Shown here piece by piece: positions 40,797 to 52,360 of a stretch of 64,000 nt of DNA. The stretch lies in NCBI RefSeq assembly GCF_018350175.1, contig NC_058368.1, positions 127,412,001 through 127,476,000 on the forward strand, read 5' to 3'. The DNA comes from Felis catus (Eukaryota). The notes beneath the pieces were generated by a model. It did no database searches, was not told the origin of the DNA, and saw only the letters and a list, made by a program, of their open reading frames with translations. A program made the position numbers and the translations under genes. Each line of letters begins with the position of its first letter. Position 1 is the first letter of the stretch.

Positions 40797-42407
40797 ATCA
40801 TAGCTTTAAAACATAAATTTGTGAATTTTCTCTTAAAATGAAGTCTCACTTCAGTGTTACTTAGAAAACATAGGGTTTCCGGCAATTGTCTCTTTAAAAT
40901 ATCAGTTAGATTACCTTTTTAGTCATGGATTCCTTATAGCATTCCAAAATAAGGTGATTTATTTAACTAATGGCTAGTGTCTTTATTTGGATCTGCCAAT
41001 GCATTAAAATAATGTTTGTTGAATAAAGTCACAGCTGGACTCTGAAGTATTCAATGTGGTGAGCTTCCCTCATCTCAAACACTGTAATAAAAGTCTATCA
41101 GAAAGTTAGATGTTCAAAACAAAATGGTAACCTGGAACCATGGACATTGTTAATTAATGGCTATTACTTTACAGAACAAATTGGTGACTTCATTAATTTC
41201 TTAATTTGGAGAGCCTATTATATGAATTTTCGTTAAATAGACTTAAAGTTTGAGTTTGCAAGCACAGAAACAGAGCGTTTTTTATAAAAACCCTGTAAAC
41301 TAAAGTAAAAACCTAAGAAAAACATTAATATTTAGATGTTGAAAGGATGAGCACTGTTTTGTTTAGCTTTCAGCAGTAAAGACATATTAAGATCCAAATC
41401 ATGTCACAGGTTATTTGCAGCATGAGAATAGGATCAATATTTTGATTGAATAAATTAAGATAATAACCTTAATGAGCAGTGAGCTAAAATACCAAAATGA
41501 AGTGAGGAATGGAGGTGTTTTGAGAGCGTGTGGAGGCATGAACTTTTATCGCTTTCTGTTCCAAAAACCTAAATAAGATCTTTAGTCTACATCTTAAGAT
41601 TTATTTCTTATAAATATTTTCCAGTGTTGCTTTTTTAAACTCCATAATCCCCAAATGATAAAGATTTTGATTCTTTTGAAAAATGTCCTGACAGACTTAC
41701 CGTAACATTTTGTATTTTGCACACATTTATTTTCTCACACTTTCCCTATCCAGTTGCTAGAGAAGATAATGTTCTATAACCACATTTAGGTAATAAAATC
41801 TCAGTTACATACCAACTTAGAGTCTAGGGCCTCAATAGTACTTTTTTTGTTCTTTAAAAAAAAAGAACATATTTTTTTCCCCACTAAATATTCCTGGCTC
41901 ACTGGAGGCAATCAATTAATGTTCCTCATTAATTAAGGAATTAATTAAAATAGATGATGATGAGTCTGATGATGTCAGTGGTATCACAGTAGGAAATACC
42001 CTGAGACCACCTATTATTCTCAGAAAAGTCACTAAGCCAGTGGCATGGGTATTTTTGCTGTTCAAATAAGGATTAAAACAATAAAAATAGAAATTATTAA
42101 CAATGTACTAAATTCTAAGATTATTTTCCTCAATACAGAAGCGTATTGTAAGTTAGGTGTTATATACATTGTATTTATTCTTATCTAGGCACTGAATTTT
42201 ATGCAAACAATATGCATTCGATTACTGACTGCATTTTGCATTAATTATGTCCTCTTTCCCTCTACCCTTTGTTTCACTTAGCAGGTGATATCACTGAACC
42301 TATCATCAAGGAGCATGATCTGGGAGTCAATAATGTATATGAAGACACATTATTACCCTGAAGCATCGGAGAGATTTTTATATGAAGTCAGAAGAGTTTT
42401 CCCGAAA

Positions 42408-42439
<32 letters not shown>

Positions 42440-43117
42440 GTGTAGATTGTTATTCATAGCAGTGGTTCTCACCGCCAACTATGAAAGATGTTCGTTAGCC
42501 TTTGGGTTGTTTTCTGAGCATGAAATCACCACAGCATTTGCTTGTACCTATGGCAGAGGCTGGAGAAGGGTGGTGAAAATCTGTACTTCCCAGGGTTGAG
42601 GGAAGAAATGAGCTCACATCAGACACGTGCTGGCTCCTAGCTAGCCACACCTGCACCTGCATCTATATTTTATCCTTAGGCAAGAAATAACTCAGTACAG
42701 TGTCCTTAAAGACTTTGTTTCTCAAAGAGCCATTTGTAAGTTTTGCAAAACAGAGTCTGTAGATTAATCATCTACACCTACCTCTTACTTATCTAAAGAG
42801 GAAAGAAATTAAAATAAAAAAAAAAACTGCTGCTGCAGAATCCACAGCAAGTATGTTAATGCGATTCTCATGACAACCCCTTTGCAGCCCTTTGAAACCT
42901 CAAGTTATAGTTTTAATTTAATAACTGAAGAAAGGAATGTTTGCAATATACCTGTACCACGAGGAGGAAAAAAGAAAGGAGAACCTGATCAGGGGCATAA
43001 GAAAGCAGCAGTTCAGGGTCATGGCATTCTATCAGGCAGAATTGGCTCAGTTCTGCATTATCCCTAATACCTTTGTTAGGCTTCCATGGTTCTCTCTGTG
43101 TGTACGTCAGTGTCTCA

Positions 43118-43280
43118 CAGGGCATTCTCCAATAGCAGAAATGTTCTATATCTGCACTGTCCAGTACAGTAGCCACTGGACACAAGTAGCTATCTAAGTT
43201 CAATTTATTAAAACAAAGTTAAAAATTCATTTTCTTTCACACACATATGGCTAGGGACTACCATTTTGAATAGAGAATGG
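43118..43280. mobile_element. MER3/MER33-like hAT-Charlie fossil
   Basis: gaaatgttctatatctgcactgtccagtacagtagccactggacaca...tatggctagggactaccattttg. Confidence 0.7.
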
Positions 43281-43310
43281 TACTGTTTAAGATATCTTAT
43301 TTATAGCACA

Positions 43311-43530
43311 GGGACACCTGGGTGGCTCAGTTAAGTGTCCAACATCGGCTCAGGTCATGATCTCACAGTTCGTGAGTTCAAGCCCTGCATCGGGCTCTGT
43401 GCTGACAGCTCAGAGCCTGGAGCCTACTTTGGATTCTGTGTCCTCCCTCTCTCTCTACCCCTTGCCTGTTCACACTCAGTCTCTTTCTCTTAAAAATAGA
43501 CATTAAAAATATTAAAAAATTAAACAAAAT
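43311..43530 (+). mobile_element. CAN-SINE (SINEC)
   Basis: gggacacctgggtggctcag...caggtcatgatctcacagttcgtgagttcaagccc...ctgacagctcagagcctggag. Confidence 0.95.
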
Positions 43531-43876
43531 TAAAGATATTGATAGCACCTATCATTGATTAGGCCCTGATCTTAAGCCAGACCATTTATCTTTTTTTTCC
43601 CCCATAAATACTTGTTAGGGATCTATTTTGTGCCAGGTGCTATTCTGTGTCCCAGTATAGAACGATGTACAAGACAGCGAAGATCTGGAACCCATGGGGA
43701 TTTCAGACTAGTGTGGGCAACAGAAAAGGAATAAGAAAATAAATAATAATATTATTTACTTTTCTTTACTTTTACATATTATGTAGGCAAGGAACTGAGT
43801 GTGTAGGGGAGGGCTAGGAGCATTCTTAGAAAAGGTAGTCAAACACAATCTCTGTGAGAAAGCAACCTTCCAACAG

Positions 43877-44190
43877 TGTTACGGACTGAAGTTTGTACAT
43901 TGGAATCCTGACACTCCAATACCTGAGGATGAGACTTCATTTAGAATTCAGGTCATTGCAGATGTAGAGAGACAGCAAAACTACAGGGGGAGGACCATCT
44001 CAGCCAAGACGGGGGCCTGCGACAGAGCCTTCCCTCATATCCCTCAGAAAAACAAAAACAGAAACAGAAACGCTGCCAAAACCTGGATATCAGACTTTAG
44101 TTTCCACAACTGTGAGACAATACATTTCTCTTATTTAAACCACCCAGTGTGTGGTACTTTGTTATGGCAGTTCGTAGTAAGTGATATAAG
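43877..44190 (+). mobile_element. MaLR LTR (MLT1B-like, internally deleted)
   Basis: tgttacggactgaa...ggtcattgcagatgta...aactgtgagacaatacatttctc...ccacccagtgtgtggtactttgttatggcag. Confidence 0.8.
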
Positions 44191-44204
44191 TAGACTCTGA
44201 TGGG

Positions 44205-44390
44205 CAAGTCCATTTAATCCTCAAAGTTGTTCTATGGGTTAAGCACTCCTGTGGCCATACATCAGATGAAAGTACAGAGTTTAAAGACATTAAGTAATTT
44301 GCCTGAGGACATTTTGCTGTTATGTGGCAGAAATATGAGTTAGTCTGACTCCTATGCCTGAAAGTCTTTTAATACTATTCGCTTTGACTG
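44205..44390 (-). mobile_element. MIR
   Basis: catttaatcctca...cagatgaaagtacagag...ttaagtaatttgcctgagg...gtggcag...tctgactcc. Confidence 0.65.
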
Positions 44391-44558
44391 CTTTGATTCA
44401 TCTTTTCCTGACTCCACCTATATCTGAGTCAATGAAAATTAAGTAATTAATTTTGTATGTAAATAAAAGTAAGCTACAATGTAGTTTTTTTTCCCACATA
44501 AAATATTAAAATCCAGCCGAAATACCTTATTTGCCTTTTTTGTTTAAAACGAATTCTA

Positions 44559-44778
44559 GGGGCACTTGGGTGGCTGAGTCAGTTAAGCGTCTGACTATGG
44601 GTCAGGTCATGATCTCATGGTTCGTGGGTTCGAGCCCCACGTCAGGCTCTGTGCTGACAGCTCAGAGCCTGAAGCCTGCTTCTAGTTCTGTGTCACCCTC
44701 TCTTTATGCCCCTTCCCTTCTTACACTCTGTCTCTCAAAAATAAATAAATGTAAAAATAAATAAGTAAATAAAGAAAG
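44559..44778 (+). mobile_element. CAN-SINE (SINEC) with TSD
   Basis: ggggcacttgggtggctgagtcagttaagcg...; TSD aaaacgaattcta (44546-44558) / aaaatgaattcta (44779-44791). Confidence 0.95.
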
Positions 44779-45589
44779 AAAATGAATTCTATATTTAATT
44801 GACTCAACAATCTATAAATCTTGGCCTTTGTAGTGCTTATAGAGCTCTTATTTATCTATCAATTTATGTACCATGATAGACATACATGCATATACAAGTA
44901 ATGTTTAGACTATTTTAAATTTTAGGTAAATTAGAGCAGTGTTATTTTGCAATTCTCTTATCCTGCATGTGACCGGGTTAACGTTCGTATTCTATCTTGC
45001 TTCAGAAGACATCAAATTATTTTAAATCATATTTCCATATGGACAGATAATTCCCTTATGGGTGAATGAGTTTACACATTTATAGACCTTCATCTTTGTC
45101 AACTAAAGGATGATGTGCTCTTTTGGATGGTGCACAAAGTTCACTTCCAAAAATATCAGTTCACACTTGCCCTCCTGAGAATAGGGTGGCAGAGAACCCT
45201 TATAAGGAGAAGGCCCATGATTCGGTTTGTTCAACTGGTGAAAAGAAACCATTCCAGTGGGCAGAGACATCCATCCACATGAGAAAGGCTTTTTAGAAAT
45301 GTTCCAAATACGGCCTCACTTTAATCAAGCAATGCCATCTGTTCAGTGAGTGGCAAGGTTGCAACTTTTATAATAGGAATAGCAACCAGTGCCAGAAATG
45401 AACATACAGAAATACAACTGCCGCCTATACTAAATATGCCTACTTATATTCTAGGAGGTATATAGATATAGCAATAGATAGAGATACAGGAGTAGATACA
45501 GATATAGACACAGACACAGCCAGATACAGATACAGACACAGACATAGATATATCCATTAGCATCTGCTGTGACCTTTAGTGGAGATACT

Positions 45590-46030
45590 TTGGTCCTAGT
45601 GTTGGTACTGACACGTTGTAGAACGTTTGCTAAGTCACTGAACTTCCCTGAGCCTCAGTTTATAAATTCTCTGGGCCATCTTTGTGGTAAGGATGTAATG
45701 AGGTCATGTTTGTGAAGGTACTTTGTGCACTGTAAAGTGAAATGTAAGCAAAACACATAATTTGTACTAATTGTAAAAGAAAGGCTCTTAGAAAAGTTAC
45801 AAATAATTTTAAAATATCTTTTGAGTACCAAGCACACTGTCAGTCACTTTACATGGATGGCATTATTGTGTTTTATCTCATAATGACACAATCAGTTACG
45901 CACTATTACTATTGCCATTTTGCAGAGGAAGAAACCAGTTTAAATAGTTCAAGTGAGTTGCCTACAGTTATTCAGCTAGTAAATTCTAGAAAGAGGACTT
46001 GAGCCGAAGGTATCTCATCCCAGAGACTAT
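45590..46030. mobile_element. Two MIR fragments in opposite orientation
   Basis: aagtcactgaacttccctgagcctcagttt (+) and ccattttgcagaggaagaaacc...agctagtaa...gacttgagcc (-). Confidence 0.7.
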
Positions 46031-46034
46031 TTTC

Positions 46035-46260
46035 CTTTCTTTCTTTCTTTTTTTTTTTATTGTTTATTTATTTTTTGAGAGAGAGAGTACGAACGAGAGC
46101 TGGGAGGGGCTCAGAGAGGGAAGGAGACACAGAATCTGAGGCAGGCTCCAGGCTCTACACAATCAGCACAGAGCCCGATGCAGGACTCGAACTCATGAAC
46201 TGCAAGATCATGACCGAGCCGAAGTGGGACGCTTAACCAACTGAGCCACTCAGGCACCCC
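46035..46260 (-). mobile_element. CAN-SINE (SINEC) with TSD
   Basis: Ends ctgagccactcaggcacccc; TSD core gagactattttc at 46023-46034 and 46265-46276. Confidence 0.95.
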
Positions 46261-47999
46261 CACGGAGACTATTTTCTTAAGAACACTTCCTCTCCCCTTA
46301 GCCTGTACCCCTAAAGAAAAAGAGAGACCGAGAGAGAGAGACAGAGACAGAGACAGAGACAGAGAAGTTTTTTTCTTTGTTTTAACTTTTGTTTTGGAGA
46401 AAAGGTTTTGTTTTTGGAGAAAAGGTTTTTAAGATTCATAGTTAATTTTTCAAATTCTAAAGTAAAACTAATAAAGGTGCATAATATATACATATGTCTT
46501 CCTATAAGAGAAAAATAGATCCTTATATTGAAAATCTTGAATTTTATTTAAGATGCAGTATTTTAAAATACTATCCTGTTACACATTTGAAAAACCTGCC
46601 TTTTAGAAATCACAAATCATTATGAAAATACCAAAAGTGCTACTATTAACTATTTTCAGCTGTCTTTTTCAGAATTCTCCACCAATTTTTGTGCATAGGT
46701 ATTTAAATCAATAAATAGTTTCTATGACTTGACTTAATATTATCACTCATGCCAATTATATTTTATGGTATCAGAGAGATGTGAGGTGGGGAACAGATGG
46801 GAAACAATAAAGAAAGTAAAGTGTTTTGAGAAGAGATTAAGGTCTAATCAGTTTTTTCCCCTGACAATGATTAAGGTATTTGCTATGAGGCAACCGGTTA
46901 CTATAAAATAAAAAAACAAACTCCTAACATACCACACTACACAGTATTTAATAAAAGCATCTCTGTAAAACAATGAACAGTCCCACCAGGGTCAAAATGT
47001 ACGCCAATTGCAAAGCCACTAGGTATGTGTGCACATGCACATACATGAGAGCTTGCATGCACACGTGACCGAATATTGACCCTTCATCCCTCAAACCTTT
47101 TAACTGAGCAAGCCTGTATGTAACACCAGATCGTACCACTGGTACAAACCTTAACCATAAATGCTACTTAAGAGGCAGGAATGAGCCAATATAAGCATTT
47201 CAGAGTAACTATCAGGAGCCTTAACTGAGACACAGAGAACTGAAAAATGGAGGGAGAAGGGCTTTGCCTGACACTTTCCCTCTCCCCCAATCTTTACATC
47301 ATTGGTTTTCTTGGCCTTTAAAGAGAAGTATAAACATAGCTTTTGTTTGTTTGTTTGATTTTGTTGCAAAAAAATGTAAAGAGAGCACACAGTGGTGAAT
47401 AGAGTGAACCAGAGTGAACTGAGAACAGTACATGATATTCTCTATCAGAAATTTTACAACAATTTTTTTTAAATGTGACAGATACAGAATGTTCTGAAGA
47501 CTCGGGTTTTTATAACTTTTAATGCCCTAGTGGATTTGTTGTGTGGCATTTCACATTTGTTGTGCTAAGTTACTGGATTTGGGCTGGTTTTTGACATCCT
47601 TGTCCGAAGTGTTACTTTTTATAAAGAGCCACATAGCAGGGTTTTTGTTCTGTTTTAGTTTCACTTTGCTTTTTTTTGGGGGGGGGGCATAAAAATTCCT
47701 GCTGATTTCCACCACCTAGAAATCTCTGTTTATAATATAATTTGGTCTCCATAGCTGTTTCTGTGAACATTAGTCAGTTATTTGATTTTTTATAATTGAT
47801 GTCATCAATTATTCTGTCATTAAATACAGATCTTGAATACCATTTTAATGCTATTTATAGTATATTGTTATAATTAATCCTGTCTTTGGGCACTTAACGG
47901 AATTCTTATTTTTCCTTCCTAAACGATACTGTGGTGAACATATTTGTAGCATATACCTTGGCTAATTTATCTGAACACACCCTGAAGTTAATTTATTAC

Positions 48000-48390
48000 A
48001 GGGGAGAGAAAGCCTTGTGTTTTGGGAAGATAACTGGTGTTTTAGAGTGATAGTAGTTGGTGGTAGCAATTTGGGGAGAGACGGGTCAGGGAAAAGAGAC
48101 TAAAGACTGAGAAGCCTGTAACTTAAACTCAGGCAGTGGCAACAAAAGCACAGATGAAGAACCTAGAAAAGATATTTGGAAGGTGAAATCAACAGGATGT
48201 GGAGAATGATCCATATGGGGTAGAAGAAAGGTTTCAGGAGAGAGAGGGGTCAAGGGTGACCTGAAGGCTTGTAGCTTGAACAACTGGGGAGTAGATAATG
48301 AGTTCCGAATTGACCATGCTGAGTTTGAGGTGCCTTCAAGGCATCCTGGTAGAAACGGTCACTGGGCAGGCATAGATAGAACCGTGATGG
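48000..48390 (-). mobile_element. L2 fragment
   Basis: gatatttggaaggtgaaatcaacagga...gtcaagggtgac...gagtttgaggtgcct...ggcatcctggtaga. Confidence 0.65.
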
Positions 48391-49077
48391 AATCCCAGAG
48401 TAGAGACCTGCTCAAATCTATACAAAGAGACAAACACGGTAACATCTAGTTTTATTTCATGATACCTGCACTACTATCACATGCCCATCTGCCTGTTCCT
48501 ATTAACTTCTTCTTTCACCCCCCAAATTTTAGAGACACAATGTGTGTAAATGTCCTTGGCTGTTATCCAAAGTCACTGAATTTGATGTCACAGCTATTTT
48601 TTTTTTTTTTTTGCATTAATACTTTGACCTTAAAGAGCAGCTTCAGTTTTACTATAGAGTTTACTGATTGAGGAAGGAAAAGATAGTTATAGATTTAAAA
48701 CAAGAGTGCATACAGAACAAAAAGAGAAAAAAACATTATTGGAAAGAAACAAAAGTAGTGTTATATTTTGAAAAATATTTATACATGCACTAGGATATTT
48801 GATTTTTACCATAACCTTAGAATGTGTACAAGTTTTTATCACTAATTTACAGAAATGAGGAAACTGAGGTTCTGAAAAAGCTAAACACTTTATCCTCTTG
48901 TTTGACAGCTTGTAAATGTCAAAGTTGAGACTTGAACTCTGTGCTGGAGTTCTTCCCCCTATCTTTCACCTGCATCAAATATATTTTTCGTTACTCTCTA
49001 TTCCTTCTCTTTCTCTTCTCCTCCTCCTTCTAATCAAGATACTTTGATTTAGTTGTCAATTCAAAGTTTATCTCACT

Positions 49078-49106
49078 CTTTTTAAATATCTGCTTATTAT
49101 TTACTT

Positions 49107-49163
<57 letters not shown>

Positions 49164-49280
49164 CAAGCAGCCTCTGTGCTAGGAGCCCCATGTGGGGCTC
49201 AATCTCATGAACCTTGAGATCACGATCTGAGTTGAAATCAAGAGCCAGATGCTTAACCGACTGAGCCACCCAGGTGCCCC
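49078..49280 (-). mobile_element. CAN-SINE (SINEC)
   Basis: Ends gcttaaccgactgagccacccaggtgcccc; degenerate TSD aagtttatctcactctt / aagtttacctcattctt. Confidence 0.93.
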
Positions 49281-50034
49281 GAAGTTTACCTCATTCTTAA
49301 GGCAAAGAAGTTTTCACGTCCTTTAAGGAAAATGTATACAAAGGTCTCCATGCTGCATAGACACGCAGTGCACCACACCTTCAGGCAGCTCCCAGTCTGA
49401 AGCTTCAGTGTGCTACCTCACTGGGGTAGGGGGTGAGCCCTGATAGACCCACGGCCCTGTGTACATACCTGGCATCTCTTCTAGTAATCTGTTCTTCTAG
49501 TACACTCTTTAGTCATCCCCACTCCATAAATTCTGCCTTATAGGTTTGATTGCTACTCAAGCTCATACTTATTTTTCAAGTCATTCAATTGTTACCTCTT
49601 GCATGAAAAAGAAAGATTTTTAAGTATACCTCTTTCTCCATACTGAAATCTCTAAAAACTTATCATAAGGTCATTATCATTCTTTAACTACATTGTTCAA
49701 GTTTAAAGCAATCCTGTATCTCTTTCTCTCTTGCTTTCCCTGCCTCAATTCCAGAGATTTATAGACTATAATTATCACACAATGCTACTCAGAAGTCCTA
49801 TTGGTTTTTCAGTTTTTTTGTAGACTGAGTCTAATCTGGAAGCTTTTATTTTACTGGTTCGATTTCCTTAATCTTAAAGGTGAAAGTTACTTTCCTTGGG
49901 TTCCCAAGTGATTTTAGAAAGCCATCATAACTGTGACAGGAGAAATCTAACCAAGATAACACAAACACTATTCTGATCAAATTCAATTTTTATTTTAGGC
50001 TGCAAGCAGTTTATTGAATGCCTGCTGCCACTTT

Positions 50035-50270
50035 TTATTTTTAAATAACAGCGTTACTGAGCCACAACAAAGACAATAAACTGCACATATTTAAAGTATA
50101 CAACTTGACAGGTTTTGACATATGTATATACCTGTGAAAACATCACCACAAGCAAGGCAATGAATATGTCCATCACTCTCAAGACCTTCCTTGCATTACT
50201 TCTGAACCCCTTCTGTCCCTTCCACCCTTGCCCTCTCTTTGCAGACAACCTCTGAGACACGTCATAGTCA
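50035..50270 (-). mobile_element. L1MB/MC 3' end
   Basis: aaactgcacatatttaaagtatacaacttgacaggttttgacatatgtatatacctgtgaaaacatcaccaca. Confidence 0.85.
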
Positions 50271-50378
50271 GCCAACAAATCCTCTCCATTTTTTCCATAA
50301 ACTCAATTTTGTTTTAATGAAAACCACAGCAAGATTCCTTTAAAATGTGACAAAATTATCTTGGGAGGGGGAACTTTT

Positions 50379-50602
50379 TTTTTTTCTTTTCAACTTTTTT
50401 TTTTTTTTTTTTTTTTTTGGGACAGAGAGAGACAGAGCATGAACGGGGGAGGGGCAGAGAGAGAGGGAGACACAGAATCGGAAACAGGCTCCAGGCTCTG
50501 AGCCGTCAGCCCAGAGCCTGACGCGGGGCTCGAACTCACGGACGCGAGATCCTGACCTGGCTGAAGTCGGACGCTTAACCGACTGCGCCACCCAGGCGCC
50601 CC
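50379..50602 (-). mobile_element. Young cat SINEC_Fc-type element
   Basis: Reverse complement of ggggcgcctgggtggcgcagtcggttaagcgtccgacttcagccagg...; long T tract; TSD core gggaactttt at 50369-50378 and 50605-50614. Confidence 0.97.
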
Positions 50603-51545
50603 AAGGGAACTTTTAAGATGAGTTGTTACAAGTTAGAAAATAAAAAGACGAACATGCCAATATGAAACCAGGCAAAATCCATCAGCAAAGAATGCCTCAT
50701 CGCACAAAATGGCTGAGAAACAAGTTGAAATCTAAGTAACAATCAAATAAATGGCAATTAAACTAACAGAGTTACTAATTTGTATTAATCCTTTTGATAA
50801 AGATTTAAAAGGTAAGATAATTCAAAGGGTTTGATGTGCTTTTGAAAGCAGACACTAATATATTGCTGGAAAAAAGTGCAGATTTTTGGAGGGTGATTTT
50901 GGCTGTAGCCATTTTTTGGCTACATCACACCTATACTTATAGTAACATGGCTATACTATATTAAAAGCCACTTGTTTAAAAATTAATATTAAGAAAATAA
51001 ACAGTGAACAATATCAACAAGTTAGGAGAAACATAACTGTGTGTCATTAGCAAATTGATTAAATGCACATGGTTCATCCATACAATGAAATAGAAGCCAT
51101 TTAAATGGCCAAGCTTATCTGTATGGACTAAGATGGAAAGAAAAAGAGTAAAAGAGAAAAGGAAATATACACAGAATGGTTTTTTTGTATGGAAAAATAC
51201 TCATAGTGTATTGTGCATGCATAGATACAACTGTGGAAAATAACTATATGACATTTAACAGAAGTCCTCTCTGAGAGTGGGAGTAAAAGCACAATGTTCA
51301 CTACACACACACACACACACATATATATATACACACACATATATACATGTACTTTATAAATATATACGTTTATATATAATTTTACTGAGAAGTATTTACT
51401 ACTTGCATAGTTTAAAATATTTTCACTTAACTATCAGTATGTATAATATGTTCTTATATTTTTCAATATTCTATAAACATCTAGATAAGAAAGTTCTAAA
51501 AAAACCTACACAATGTTGACAGTCATTTCTAATTACAGGAAATAT

Positions 51546-51756
51546 TTTTTAAAGTTTATTTATTTTAAATAAAGAGAGAGAGAGAGAGACAGTGTGAGTA
51601 GGGGAGGGGCAGAAAGAGGAAAAGAGAGAATCCAAAAAGGTTCTGCACTGTCAGCACAGAACCCTATGCAGGGTTTGAACCCGCAAACTGTGAGATCATG
51701 ACCTGACCCAAAACCAAGAGCCAGATGCTTAATCGAATGAGCCACCCAGATGCCCC
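51546..51756 (-). mobile_element. CAN-SINE (SINEC)
   Basis: Ends gagccacccagatgcccc; TSD core ggaaatattttt on both sides. Confidence 0.92.
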
Positions 51757-51954
51757 TATGGGAAATATTTTTAACAATTTTTGTTAATCTGGGCTTTTCT
51801 AATGTTTTCTTACAATGATTTATTAAAATGTGTAACAAAATTCTTCTAATAAGCTTCCTCTGTTTAAGAAAAATCAATAGAACAAAAGAAATAATCTCTA
51901 TAATGCTCTTTCCAGATGCTGACCATAACAATCAAATATATATGGTCACTAGGG

Positions 51955-52360
51955 AGATTTCTGCTTCCTGCCAAGATGGAGTAAACGCAGCCAGGTTTAC
52001 ACCTCCTCATGAAAGAATTGCAAAACTAGACAAGATATATGAAACAACCATTTTCAGACATTAGGCAACAGATCGCACAGCATGGGGCAGTGAGCACAGA
52101 AAAGGAAAATACATCAAGGGAGTCTCATGATTGCCCCAGCTTTCCATCTACAGAGAGTTTCTAGGCCTCAACACAGAGACGCAAACCCAGCCAGAGCCTG
52201 CCAGCATCCCTAAACTGAGGAGAGAGCCAGGAGTCTGAGGAGGTCAAAGTAGATAGTTTGCAGAGCAGAGTGATGTAAGAGAGAGACAGCAGCACATACA
52301 GAGACCTTGGGACATTTGCCTTAGCCTCCCTTGAGTCTTCATGTAAGCATTGATCAGCTT
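51955..52360 (+). mobile_element. Old L1M 5'-end fragment
   Basis: ttctgcttcctgccaagatggagtaa...ctagacaagatatatgaaacaaccattttcagacattagg resembles an L1MC/MD 5' UTR. Confidence 0.6.
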
